Of a stretch of 64,000 nt of DNA, positions 42,100 through 55,345 are shown piece after piece. A model generated the notes under the pieces. It ran no database searches and was not told where the DNA came from. It saw only the letters and a list, made by a program, of their open reading frames with translations. The stretch is from Gnetum montanum (Eukaryota; Plantae; Gnetophyta). Position 1 is the first letter of the stretch; each line of letters starts with the position of its first letter. Where the stretch lies: the NCBI GenBank assembly GCA_015680685.1, contig MNCI01000627.1:386535-450534 (forward strand), in the 5' to 3' direction. Both the position numbers and the translations under genes were made by a program.

Positions 42100-45000
42100 A
42101 TGACTTCTGCTACCACCGTTGTCGATATTCCCAACATGGAGGTGCCCTTCGCAACCCGAGGCATTACTGGTGCCGAACAATGGTTGAATCCAACACTAGA
42201 AACATGTCGGTCTCTCAGGATCCAAAACCGAGAACCTGAGGGCCTAGCCCAGCAACACGAGCATTACAATTTCCTTTGTGCGAAGGTGCAGGTTAACCTG
42301 CCCTTAGATTTACACGAACTCAAAGAAAAACGTAGCTTCGAGTTCGCTTACTGCAACGGGGAGGAATTCATTCTTAACTAGGGCATTTCCCTGCCTTTGA
42401 CACAAGCAAACCAAAGGTTGCTAGATCAACTAATCCAGTTGACAAGGCTTAGGGGGCAACAAGACACAGCGTCTAACCAGGATGACGCTTTTCAAGATGG
42501 GCAGGAGGAACTCGACTCCCAATCTGACGAGGGAGGCCTAGCCAATCCCATCCCTGTCCTGCCTACCCAGTTCTTCTGGGCCAACCTGTTGCCTGTCGCC
42601 ACCCCCTTCGCCATTGCGCCTATGCTTCAGTAGTCTGCAATTGCAACTACAGTGGGTAGCCATGCTACGTTCCCAGCACCTCATCACCCCTATCGCCTGG
42701 TTGCACCCGTAGAAACTGTGCCACCGCAAGCCGTTTATCAGCACGCTACTGCAACATGCAACACACCTATCACGGCTACTCTACCGCATGTCCATACTAT
42801 ACCTACTCTACAACCGCACCTAACTCCCATACCAATTCCTACATATGCGACTATCCCACCCACTGTGATGGGCCCAGGCCCATCCACGTGGTGGCCTTAG
42901 TCCGTTGCTTTATCTGTTCCGCAATCGTCACAGATGTCTCATTACACTTGCCCTCAGGTCTACTCGACCCCCCAAATGGTACAACCTGGCGCGGGGCCAT
43001 GGGGGGTCCCGCCGGTGATCCAAACAGCCTACCTAGCAGCTCAACCCGCTATTACCGCTTCGATGATACCACCCACCAGATGGTGGACAATGCAAACAAC
43101 ATCTTTAGCAGGGATGGCCCCAATGGAATAGCCAATGGGTTAAATTGCCACCATTACCATGCCATCTGTGGGGGTTGCCTCTGCAGTCCCTTAGCCATCT
43201 ACAACATCCTCGGGTTTGGACCAAGCGTTTCAACTTATTCAAACCCTAACCAAGGAAGTAAAACGCCTCAAAGCTGTTGGGTCCGATATGGTACAAGTCA
43301 TGGATTTTTACCAAGATGACCTCGTCAACCCTGCAATCCCTACCTTGATATTACCACTGGGGATATTTCTCCTGCACTTCACGAAGTACGATGGGGAAGG
43401 AGATCCCAATACACATCTTATCACTTTCAGGTCAGAATCTTTGTTGCTACAATAATGGCCGCATACGATCATTCGCATCTTTGCCATGTCCCTGGCCGGG
43501 AAAGCCCTATATTGGTATCGCGCGTTGCCACGTTCATCCATTTCGACTTTGGAAGAACGCTTAACCTAGTTTGTGACACGCTTCAAGTATAACTTGAAGC
43601 TAGAAACTACGTTGGATCAGTTGATGGGTGTGAAGCAAGACCCACTAGAACCAGTCCAAAAATTCATTCAACGATGGAGCGCAACCCTTAACGAAATTCG
43701 TGAACCTATAGCGGAGGCTTATTTGTTAGCCATTTTTAAGGGTGCAGTGAACGACTTCATCAAGTCAAAACTATATTACCTTGCTCCACGCTCACTTAGT
43801 CAAGCTTTCGCTCAGACGAAAAGCATACAAGACGCGGCTGAGGCGAGTAAAGACCAGGCTTATGTCACTTACTGGAACAGTTTTGCAAAGAAGGACAAGG
43901 GTAAAGCCACAACGACCATGGTGGCTGCTGTGGAAGCTGAGGCTAAGCCCAAACACGGCAACAACGGAAACAAGAATAACAAGAAACCAACCGTACCTAC
44001 AGCCGACTCAGGGCCTAAGCTAGGCCAAGCGTTACAACCCGCCGCGCCCGCACCCGGGACATCTGCATACACTAAACCTAACTTCAAACGTAAAGATCGT
44101 TCAAAATATACTCTGCTGCCCCTCAAACCTTCAGAACTCTTGAAGCAACGGTTGGTAGTAGGATACATTCAACACAAATGGATGTCAGAAGAAGCAAACA
44201 TGAGGCATCGACGCTACTGCGAGCTCCTTAGAAATCCCTCTTTAGCCCTGCCCAACGAACCTCCAGTCCTTAAAGGTTTTAGGCTATACAGGTTTTGCGA
44301 TTACCATCAACTATGTGGTCATACCACGGATTATTGTCTATCATTGCAAGACGATATCCAAAGATTGATTGACTTAGGGCAGTTGGTGCAAGACGAAAGT
44401 AGCCCAGTACATTCTGAAAACCAATCCATGTATGTCTATACTGACCCCCTCAATGCCAACAACGCCGGTTACGTCATCAACGCCATCAGTATTGACAATG
44501 ATCCCATGCCACCCTTCCAGCCATTTGTGATTTGTGTGCCTCAATGTAGTGCGCCAATGCCACCAATGGTTGGCCCAAGCCTGCGGTCGCCCTTCATCCT
44601 AAAAGTCCCACCACGGACATCTACCTCTGCACTACCCACTGGCGAGGCCGCGTGACCCCATCCGCTAACACCTCTAGCTCCATTCGTCATCAGGGGGCCA
44701 ATGCCTTCGACAGCCCCCATCCCGTGCAACAACATTAAATGACCTCCTCGCCCTATAACGCGAGAAACCTACTTGGTGGGCGAGGCATCGAAGAGGAATA
44801 CCGTCAAAAGCATCTCCAAAACTACACCTATGCCCTTTGAATTTATACCTTTGTTGCAAGGACGAAGGTCGACGCAAGCACACGACCTGTGACATCCTCT
44901 CACAAAAAATTTGAACTTGGGTCTGGGGTTGTCTCTCCTCGGGAGATTCGTCTTCTAGGACGAATAAAGGAGGAGGGGGTCAAACGGATGGGCAGCCAAG

Positions 45001-45990
45001 ACTTCTTGAACCCCCTCACCTAGGTTGGGCAAGCCCTAAGGCAAAAGAATACCATGCTAAGCCTATACAACTTAGTCATAACATCAGCCCCTCACCACGA
45101 GGCTTTGGTCCGCATGTTAACGACAATCCCAGTTGATGAAAACATGCCGGTAGACGAGAAAACAATCCACTCAGTCATACTCCCTTTCGTACCCATGAAG
45201 TCTGCACCTCCACTAACTTTCAGCAACAAATCCCTTAAGGAAGATCCTAAAAAGAGTCAAGTGACTACGACGCCTCTCTTCATCACAATTCGGGTCGGTT
45301 AGTACCAAATCTGAGGGGTACATGTTGATGATGGGGCAACCACAAACGTCATCTCTTTGCCTATCATAGAGAAACTGGGGTTGGTCAACTAGATCAAACC
45401 AACAGCGACGTCGTGCCTACAGTCCTTCAATGGGGCATGTGTCTTGGTAAAAGGCACAGTTCATGTAAACTTTGTAGTAGGGAATGAGCTCCCCACAGAC
45501 GCAACATTTGTTGTAGTCGAAGAAATGCCCGGATTTAACCTAATCTTGGGGAGATCATCGTTAGCACAACTCGGGGTAGTCTCCTTGCCTATACACTAGG
45601 AAATCCATTTACCATATGAGGGCAGAGGTGATAATCCATGGTGACGGGGTGGTAACGCAAGCAATTAGTAATCTGAACACAGAGCAAGGTTCAGAGGTTA
45701 CAACCCCTGAAGACGAAGTGCCTGTCCATGCATGCACCAATCATACAGTGAAGGGATCGGCCCAATGAAGCGACCCTCAGGTAGAAAACGTTTGGGTGGA
45801 GTTGCCCTTTCAAGTAGAGGATGGTAGCACAAGCGAAGGCCCTGGCGAAACGCCTCGACCTTACATCCCTATTAACCCACGAAAGGTCAGGAGACAGCTA
45901 CGCGTAGCATAGCAGCTTTATGACCTCTCACCCAATCGCCATCCTCACATATTCGCTCTCTACTAAGCCCACTAGGGTGTCGTCTTTTCA
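42100..45990 (+). pseudogene. Gag-protease polyprotein of the Tat element (decayed)
   Basis: ORFs at 42100, 42397, 42652, 42934, 43216 and 43573 share one frame. FTKYDGEGDPNTHL (gag), FCDYHQLCGHTTDYC knuckle, protease HVDDGATTNVI (45321) and FNLILGR. Confidence 0.9.
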
Positions 45991-46430
45991 GCATAATACG
46001 CAAACGGCTTGAAATGGCTTAAAACTAACAAACGGCCTGGAATGGCCTAAAACTAGCATTATCACCTTTCACTTCATTCACTACGCAATAGCCCGAAATG
46101 GCCTAAAGCTAACAAAAGGCCCAAAATGGCCCAAAACTGGCATACGAGAGTACAAAAACTTTACATAACACGCATGAAAATACGAGATCAGTTTCCTTTC
46201 TGAAGTAATGCATTTCAGTCAAATTTTTTCGCCTATTGGCAGTGTCTATAAATTCTTCCAAAAAGAGAGAGAGAGAGAGGGGGGGTAGTCCGCCCTCATG
46301 CTCTCACAAGCTATCCCTATTCGCATTGCCTTCATCGTTTGTCTCTACCTCATCCACTTGCACATCGTCTGCTCCCATATTGCCCCCTGCCGACACCTCA
46401 TTCCTTCCCTCCACGGGCCTCACATCCTCG

Positions 46431-49400
46431 TTAAGAGCCTGCGCCCCAAAGGATAAAGTAGTTAGTAGGGGCAATAGATGCAATAAATGACAACTGTAGT
46501 AAAGCATCAAAGCCACAAACCTGGGGGGAGCTTGCGTTCGTCACAAGAGGTATCTGGTCTAGACCAAGCCTAAGGCGATGCTCAATCTCCTCCATCGAGA
46601 TATTCATCCAAGGCCTGTCGTTAGGTTCAGCATTTGTAGCGGCAACTTTCTCCCTTTCCAAAGTTGTCCATCTTAGAGGCCCCAGGGAAAGGGAGGTGGT
46701 GGTGGTCTCCCCTATAGAAAGGGTCACCTCCAAATTTGGAGGTGGTATTCCCTTATAGGAAGGCTCTTTAAATTTGGCATAAGCCTCAGAAGCGCCGATG
46801 GCCTTCACAAACACCTCGTACGAGAATGCTTCCACAGTAGCGTCTTTATACAACCTTCGATGGGTTTCATTTTCTTGCTTGTATGTATACTTGTGGTCTC
46901 TCTGGGCCTTCCCCCATTCGAAGATCTTGGTGTTAATGTCCTTCATATCTTGGCACTTCTGGGCTAGCAAATCCATCTGCATCTGCTATTCAACTATTTC
47001 GCGGGTGGATTCTACATTCTGACGGACAACAGTCCAAAATGTGGTGTAATCGGCCATAGCCCTTTGCAGCTCCACAGGGTCAGGACTACGGTCTAAGAGG
47101 AAATTGATCCTCAACTTAAGGTTCTCCACCTCGGTAGTCAGTTCCCTCTCTCTCTGCTCGCTTTTGTGGGCCCGCTTCCACAATTCCTCGTTAGTACGTC
47201 TACATTCCCATAGGGAGCGCGCCGAGTGCAAGACGCATTTGTAAGCCTCATCAAATACGCAACGAGACACTTCAGTCACGTCAGACGAGAGTGTGGGCAC
47301 CGCGCCAGTCTCCATAGGTCGAGCTGGGTCCCATTTGAGTCAAGAGGCTGTAGAAAGTATAGCAATCACATTAACATAACATAAATCAATACATCCAAGA
47401 GTTGTAGCGTAGCAGCATAGGAGCTGTCAACACTCCTACTCATCCACACGAGGATCCGCCTATTGAAGGCGTTTGATCATGTCATCAACTAACCCCTGAA
47501 CAAACGCAAACTTGTCAGGAATTTCAGTCCACGACTTCATCCGGGGCGGAGAAGGTCCTGATACATTAGCGGTAGCACCCGTTACGCAATTCAACATGAC
47601 AACAACAACCAAAGTGGCTACAGTAGAGTACATCCGAAGCCTAAACTCACCTGCATTAGGTTGTTGTCTTGCTTCATGCTGGTGCAAGGAAATTGTGGGA
47701 GGTTCTGTAGAAGGCCCAGCCAAGTCCGTGGGAACTCCTACCTTAAGCGTTGGTGCTTTTTGTTTCAAGAGGGCAATGTCCTCTTTATTTCGAGAAGGCA
47801 CCTCTTCGTTGGTAGGAAGGGGCTCTCTAATGACAAGAGCCCCTACCTCGGAGACAAGAGCTCCAGTATTCCTAGCCAGGGCCCTTTCTTCCAAAGCCAG
47901 GTCCCCCATGTCTTTATTCGTCACCCCTGTTCTGAGGGCTGACATTTCCTCGTCACCTTCTTCTTCGCCTTCTTCTTCTAAAGGGTATACACACAATAAA
48001 GCGAAGTTGATTAATTCAAAACTGATACCATGCCACAAAGCACAACTTAGCTAAGCATGGAATAGTTGGCATTCTAAATGCTCACCAATAGGGGGTTGCG
48101 TTCGTCGCAACTTGAACTGCAGTCATTGCTCCTCTTCATGAGGGCTTTCCCTAGCAGGGGGTGGTCTCTTTCTCCGCAACTCCACAGGAATAGCCTCAGC
48201 CATAAGATGATCACCCTGGGTCGCGTTACTGAGTATAGCAGTGGGAGTCTCCCCTACACTGTCCTGGCCATAAGCGCTACGAACAGTCAGATCCTTAGTC
48301 GTTACAAAAAATGAATCCCCTACCATCTCTGGGGGAGCCTGGGCTTGCATGGTTCGAAGGACCTATCGAATCCACGACTTAGGAATCTGGTGACGATCCA
48401 GCTCGGACCAGACCCCATCCTCCTGGACCACCAGGAACTCTGCGAAGCACCTTAAACAGCTAATGTAGAAGGGGTAGTGTATGTTAGAGCGAGACCCCGT
48501 TTGCTCACGGAGCCCCAAAATCTCACCCTGCAAGCCACTACACAGGAATTTGGCCTAGTTATAATGGGCCCCCTCCTCCACAACTTTCCGCATTACCCAA
48601 GCCTGCTCAAGCCCCAAGACCTTGGGTGAGCAGTTGAGGAAATGCACGAGCACGAAAGATCGGGTATATCCCCATGGCGGGACTGTCCTTAAGCTTTTCC
48701 ATAGGGAACCCTTTCCGCTCCTTAGTGAGCCTCAGCCACTCCTCAATATGCTACTTATGGAGGGTCAACTCCTACTTACCCTTCGACATCACATCGACGC
48801 TATCATTAGGAACACTAAACAAATCTGCAAATAGTTGGTCATTGATATCAATGACCACCCACACACCTCGCACGTATGTGCGAAAGCGACTCGCCTACCC
48901 AGAAAAGGAATTGACCAGGGAAAGCATCTCAGCAGCAGCAACGTCCGGATTCGGTGCCATAAACAAATCCATAAGCCCGACCATCCAGATTCTTCTGAGC
49001 AAGGGGCCTAGAGCCCCTCGTTCCAACCAGCTGTGGCTTGCCGATACCTCGCCGTATTTGAAGTAGATGTTTCCCCTTTGCCCTCTGGTAGTCACCATCA
49101 TCACTTCATGGGGCTTCTTCACTCCTGCGACAATAATCACAAAGCATATCTTAAAAAAAAAAGACACCCGCTTGTTAACCTACCAGGCCTATACGGTGAA
49201 GGGAACAGTGGGAATTCAGCCGCTAAGACTGTGTCGAGCGTAACTTGCTTAAAAGGTTCTCTCCACTCCTTGTCTAGCCAACCCTTCGTCTTGAAAGTAC
49301 TGTAGAAAGAGGCGAGTGTGCGTAGGTGGGAACAACATCCTTCCCGCAAAGAGCAATCACGCCCGCCCGTAGGCTCCTGGCCGAGGCAAATTCCTGTAGG

Positions 49401-50600
49401 GCTAGTTTTGCTATGGCCAATTCATCTGGCTGATCATGAACCCCATCGTCATTAAGATAGAACTTGGTAACAAGTGCACGCTATTAACACTCGGTCGAGC
49501 ATAGTCAATGTCGCCCAACAAAATAAAGACGTGAAACTCACCCGCCAACACAGTAAACGGTCCCCTGTAGGTTCAGAAAGTATGTCGCCACATGGCGCGC
49601 GAGGTATAATGTGTTGTAAGGATGTTAACACTGGTACTCTAGCATGTCCCAAATCTAGGCTAAGTGCCTTAACCCTATGGAGTGTTGGGTAGACCCTCCT
49701 CCCAGCCTGCCTGAAGTCGCGTCGTCAGAAAGATATCTCAAGATGCCCCGATTTGCCCTTGGTAGCAAAGCCTCTATTATGCCGAACACCCACGTCTAAT
49801 CCGAGGAGGACCAAACCATGAGACTAAACTAGTTGAGGAGGAATTGCAGGAAGTCTCGCGCCCCGTCCCTAAACCAAACCGCTCGATCTCTCAAACGTAT
49901 TGGGGGAGGGGGAACGTTGGCCATAGGTCTGCCCACATGACACAAGACTCCTTCCAGATCCAAAACGATCAATCTAGACCTTGGCCCTGCCCTGCATAAC
50001 GGAAATAGCAGATAGTGACATCAAATATGAACATAATACGTGCACAACATAGCAACGCCTAACCGACCATAAGTGTAGCATAGCATGGTCCCTGTTCATC
50101 ATAGCATAACAAAGATGCAAAAGCCTAGCGTAGCAAGAACATGCAAGTAACTTGGCGTAGCAATAAAATAACTAAGAGTAGGCCCAAACGGAATATGTGC
50201 CTATGTCATACGTAACTAAACCCCCTCCTGAAGGTTTCACGGTTCAGCAGTTTAAAGGACCTTGGCCTCGCGGCCACGACAACAGCCGTGGTAGTAAGGG
50301 CCTTGCATGTAACATCAACGAGACCCGTGCACAACAGTAATGACCGAATGAAAGCAAGACTGCGACAGCACCAAAGCCGAAATGACGCAGCCACAGAAAA
50401 TACCAGTGGCAAAATAAATGAGACATAAAACCAGAGCAGAAGAGGTAGAAGATGCAAGGAGAAAGGAATGGAAGAGACATAAAAACTCACTGGGTTAATA
50501 ACGTGCCCTCCCGCATCGGAACGCGCACCCGTGGCCCACATCTCAAGGTCTTCTTCACCTCCCCGACCTTCGCGAGAACCAACTGAGTCTTAGGAGCCAT
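46431..50600 (-). pseudogene. Antisense multi-exon accessory gene inside the Tat element (Transposase_32/ATHILA-ORF1-like domain, acidic linker, coiled coil)
   Basis: ATGGCTCCTAAG start at 50600, TATA-like CATAAATAG at ~50751-50759. Minus-strand GT-AG introns 49992-50211, 49125-49183 and 47978-48085, plus donors 50490 and 47650 and acceptor 47348. Translation includes GLMDLF..LVNSF..YVRGVWV..FADLFSVP and GAHYN*AKFL..IHYPFYISCL. Confidence 0.72.
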
Positions 50601-51039
50601 AGCCCTGCTAGCAGATTTACCACCTTCGCCTCAGAAATTCACCTCGATGTGGATTCACATAGTGACTCCACAACCCGAAATCGCCGAAGTGCTCTGACAA
50701 GGATTATGCACTTCTAGGGTAAAAATAGCGAAATTACCAGGATTCAACCCCTATTTATGACAGTAATAGAAAAATGGGAAAAACTTCCTTTCTCTCTCTC
50801 TGATTAAGGCGAGGCGCGGCGTGCAGCGTAGCATGCTCACCACGACATCACGACACTATTAGCATTTAAACCTTGGCATGCTTCAAGTCAGTTACTTGCC
50901 TTCTCGAAAATAAAAATAATGTGATAACATTTTTTTTCAATTAAAGGTCTGAAAAGACCTTAAGCCCACCAGCCTGGCATCATTATATTCCTTAAGGCTC
51001 AAAGACAGCAATTTCAACTAGTAACGGCTGCAGTCCACA

Positions 51040-54000
51040 ATGGCGTCAAACGAAGTAATTACGTTTCTTGCGTCAGCGATCACCTGGCATGCCTCGACAT
51101 GAGAGTAGCATATTCCCTAATAATTTCATGCCTTCGTTCCCGCATTGACCGCCTGATACGTCTCGCACTCGCAATTCCATCTCTTTTATCATTCTTTAGC
51201 GCAGCAAAGCTTTGCATGTCACAATAAGGCAACCCAAAAATGACAACTAGTAGGTAGGCATCCATATACAACTTCGCACTTTACATTAACAATGTCTATG
51301 TCTTCAACTATCCTAGATCCCTATGCCTGGGTGGTACGTCACGACCCCGAGCAAGCAAACTCTCAATCTTTACATCGTCTTATTTAGCAAGTCACATCTC
51401 GATGTTGCTTTGCAGATTTATATTCCGCACAATCTTTGGTGACCGTTACACAGGCTCTCATCTTGTGATGGCAGGTTAAGCAAGAAATGGAAACCCACCA
51501 TGCCTTGTCTGCGTCTCTAATACTAACAAGGCCATAAGGCAAGCTCGCAAGACAGTTAAACCCTGACACGATTAAATGGGAGTCGGTTGCGATTAATGCT
51601 ATAACAACCTTAGAAGCACCCCCAGATTTTCCCAAACACCTGGTCCATGTCCTAGATTTGGAGGCCGGGGATGTAACTGAGGATCTTCTCGTCTAGATAC
51701 CCGTAACCACTACAAGAAGGGAGGTAAAGACATTAAGACTTAGCTCTCTCCTAGATGCACAAATACATGAGGGCATAGTTAAAGCCTTGCAAGAACACGT
51801 TGACATTTTTGCATGGTCATATGAAGATATGTTGGGTCTAGATCCATGGTTGATTCAGCATAATATCATCCTAGACCCCCACGTGAAAGTAGTCAAGCAA
51901 AAGGCTCATAAAATTAAGCCAGAAATTGCGCTAGCCATGAAGGGCGAAATCACTAAGTTGTACCAAGCAGGCTTCATCCATGCAGTTGACTATTCAGCAT
52001 GGGTGTCCAACATTGTTGTGGTTTCAAAGAAAATAGGAGGGATACGAATGTGTATAGATTTCCGAGATCTGAACAAGGCGACAATCAAGGATAACTTTCC
52101 ACTACCGAGCATCGATCAACTCATCGACACCATAGCTGGGCATGCTTTGCTATCCTTCATGGATGGTTTCTCTGGATACAACCAAATCCGCATCAACCTA
52201 GAACACCAGTTGTCAAAAATCTTCATAACTCCATGGGGAACCTTCTGCTATACCATGATGCCCTTTGGGCTCAAGAATGCTGGGGTGACATACCAGCAAG
52301 CCATGACATACATTTTTAGTAACCACATCCTAGAAATGATTAATGATTACATGGACGATATAGCGGTTAAGTCTAAAGAGGCGACCCATCACCCGCACGA
52401 CCTAGAATTAGTCCTCAAGTGCTGTCAAAGGCATGATTTGCATCTTAATCCTAAGAAATGCCTCTTCGAAGTAAAGACCGGACGCATGTTAGGATTTGTA
52501 GTATCAGAGGCTGGAATACGGGTGGACCCAGACAAAGTTAAGGCTATCGCCAACCTAATGCCTTTCACAAACCTAAAAGAGTTATGTGGTCTACAAGGCA
52601 GAGTGCAATTCATTTGAAGGTTTATAGCAAGATTGACAAATAAGTTACACCCCATGCAACACCTTCTGAGAAAAGGAGTTGACTTCAAGTGGATAATCCA
52701 ATGTCAACAAGCCTTCGAAAACTTGAAGAAAGAACTCTCGCACCTACCAACAGTGTACCCGCCGCAGAGGGACAAGCCATTCTTCATATACCTTGCCACC
52801 GTTGACGCATCCATAGCGGCACTGCTATGTCAGAAGTGGGACAACGGCTTTGAGATACCAGTGTATTACCTGAGCCACGCATTAATATCATACGAGGAAA
52901 AATACAACGAGGTGGAAAGGAATTGCCTAGCCTTAGTGTTTGCGCTAAAAAGGTGGCGGCACTACCTATTCCGCAGCACAACCCACATGATTTACAAAAG
53001 CAATGTACTCCGGGCTATCACCGGCAACCTATACGAAAGCAGCAGGATAGCCCGATGGAAGGCCATAACTGCAAAATTTGATCTACGCTATGTGAGCTAA
53101 TCATTGATAAAAGGCCAAGCCATAGCGACCCAACTCACGGCCTTGCCAATCGACGACCACACAGTCATCGATCTCGAGTTTCCAGACGAATATGTAAGTA
53201 ATGTTGCCATCATCCCACCACATTTCGAGGTAATCTTACACTTCGACGGTGCCTCAACCACATAAGGAGGTAGCGCCGCTGCCGTAATCACATTCCTCTC
53301 TAGGGAAATGTATCCATCTGCTTATCGCTTTGCATTCCCGTGCACTAACAATGTGGAAGAATACGAGGGGCTACTTAGAGGCCTGTTAACGGCTCGTGCA
53401 CTGCATGTACAACACTTGGCGATCTGGGGAGATTCACAACTAGTGGTGAATCAAGTCACCGAAGTTTATGCCTACAAGGCTACGCATTTGCAACCCTACT
53501 GTGACCTAGCAAAGGTTTTATTGAAATAATTTGCAACCACTGATGTGCAACACGTGCCACACAGTGAGAACGGCATAGCAGATGCCTTAGCTACCCTCGC
53601 GTTAAACATCCCATCGCATTCCTTGGTGAACCTGCCAACTACGATCGTAGAATGCGCAGAACTTATTACTCAAGTAGAACATGTGGCGTCTGTCGACACT
53701 GCAGACACCTCGGAATGGTACGATAACATTAAAACATATTTGCAGCATGGCGAACTCCCAGGTGGATTGACATCGGGTCAGAGAGATGTAATCCGCAAGT
53801 GCGCCTGGCAATACGTGCTCATAGGAAATGATGCCCTATGCTGGCGGTCCTACGATGGGATATTGCTGGCATGTGTGGGTGGTGAGCAGGCACAGAAGGT
53901 AGTTAATGAGGTTCATGAAGGACTGTGCGGTGGACACATAGCACCTAGGGCTATGGCAGCGAAAATCAGACGCCTAGGATATTATTGGCCTTACATGGAG

Positions 54001-54957
54001 CACGACTGCCTGTCGAAGGTCAAGACGTGCGACACATGTAAGAGATATGCAAATCTCATACACATAGCACCTACAAACCTATATCCTACAAAAATTACGT
54101 GGCCTTTCCAACGATGGGGACTAAACCTCATAGGGCCCATCACACCTAAGTCTTCCGCAGGGCATAGCTTTATTATCATCGCCACAAAGTATTTTACTAA
54201 GTGGGTGGAAGCTATCCCCCTAAGAAAAACGACATCCCAGCAAATCTGCCACTTCGTCCTTGATAACATCGTAACTAGGTTTGGGCTACCAATGACTATT
54301 GTGACCGAAAATGGACCACAGTTTAGCAGTAAGGAAACCCAGGCCTTCTGTAGCAACCTGGGCATTAAACAATCATTTTCTTCCCCTTACTATCCGCAGG
54401 CGAACGGACAGGTGGAGGCTACAAATAAGTCCATCATCAACTTACTAAAGTGGATGCTTAGCAATAGCAAGAGGCAGTGGCACGAGCAAATACTTTATGT
54501 CCTCTAGGCCTATTGAATGACTTGCAGAACCGCGACAAATAAGACCCCTTACAGTCTTGTTTACGGATCTGAAGCTGTGTTACCTCTTGAGTTACAAGTA
54601 CCCTCACTTCGGATGATCCTGTCCAACATTGTGAGCGAAGCCTAGAACAACAAATCACGAGCCATCGACCTCAACTCAGTGGAGGAGGAACGCGTGCAAA
54701 CACTAAGACGGATTAAGCACTATTAGGATAGATAACGGAAAAAGCACCATGTAGACCCGCATCGATGGCCAATGTAGAAGGGAGATCTCATCCTCAAGGC
54801 CGCCCGTGAGCACGTGAGTAAATTCTCAACCAACTGGGAAGGGGCTTACGTGGTCGCTAAAGCCTTCGGGAATGGAGCTTTCAAATTGGCGAACATGGAC
54901 AACAATGAGTTCGCCAACCTGGTGAACGACATGTACCTCAAGCCATACTACATCTAA
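51040..54957 (+). pseudogene. RT-RNaseH-aRH-integrase polyprotein of the Tat element (decayed)
   Basis: RT 51787-52617 (MCIDFRDLNKA, YMDD), RH 52633-53100, aRH FDGAS..TNNVEEYEGL..GDSQLVV..NGIADALA (~53240-53600), INT HEGLCGGH..CDTC..QANGQVE..NWEGAY, stop 54955-54957. In-frame ACAATGG at 51040. Confidence 0.92.
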
Positions 54958-54964
54958 GGCGTGA

Positions 54965-55345
54965 TGACAACATGCTACACCGTCCGCTACAACGATAAAC
55001 TAGCAGCCGCGCCAGTCAACGTCTACAATGACGATAACTAGCAGCGCCAAACAACGTTTGCTACGACGGTAAATTGGCAGCAACTATCCGCCACGACGTA
55101 GAACTGGCATTGTTAGTCCACTATGACTATAAACTGGCATCGCATGTCCGCTACGATGGTAAACTAGCAACAATTGTTCACCACGACGTAAAACTGGCAC
55201 TGTTAGTCCACTATGACTATAAACTGGCATCGCGCGTCCGCCACGATGTAAAACTAGTATGTACGGTCCGTTGGGACTTCAAACCAACACAGCGGTCTGC
55301 TAGGACCCTAAACTAGCATCTGGTCTACCAAGACCTTAAACTAGG
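54965..55345 (+). repeat. Tandem ~30-bp repeat downstream of integrase
   Basis: GTCCGCTACGACGTAAAACTGGCA-like units, with a higher-order ~90-bp duplication (55060-55149 vs 55150-55239). Confidence 0.88.

Noticed and set aside
54965-55345. Regular ~30-bp repeats, superficially CRISPR-like
   Set aside because: Head-to-tail with no unique spacers and no cas genes; a typical Tat 3' tandem repeat.
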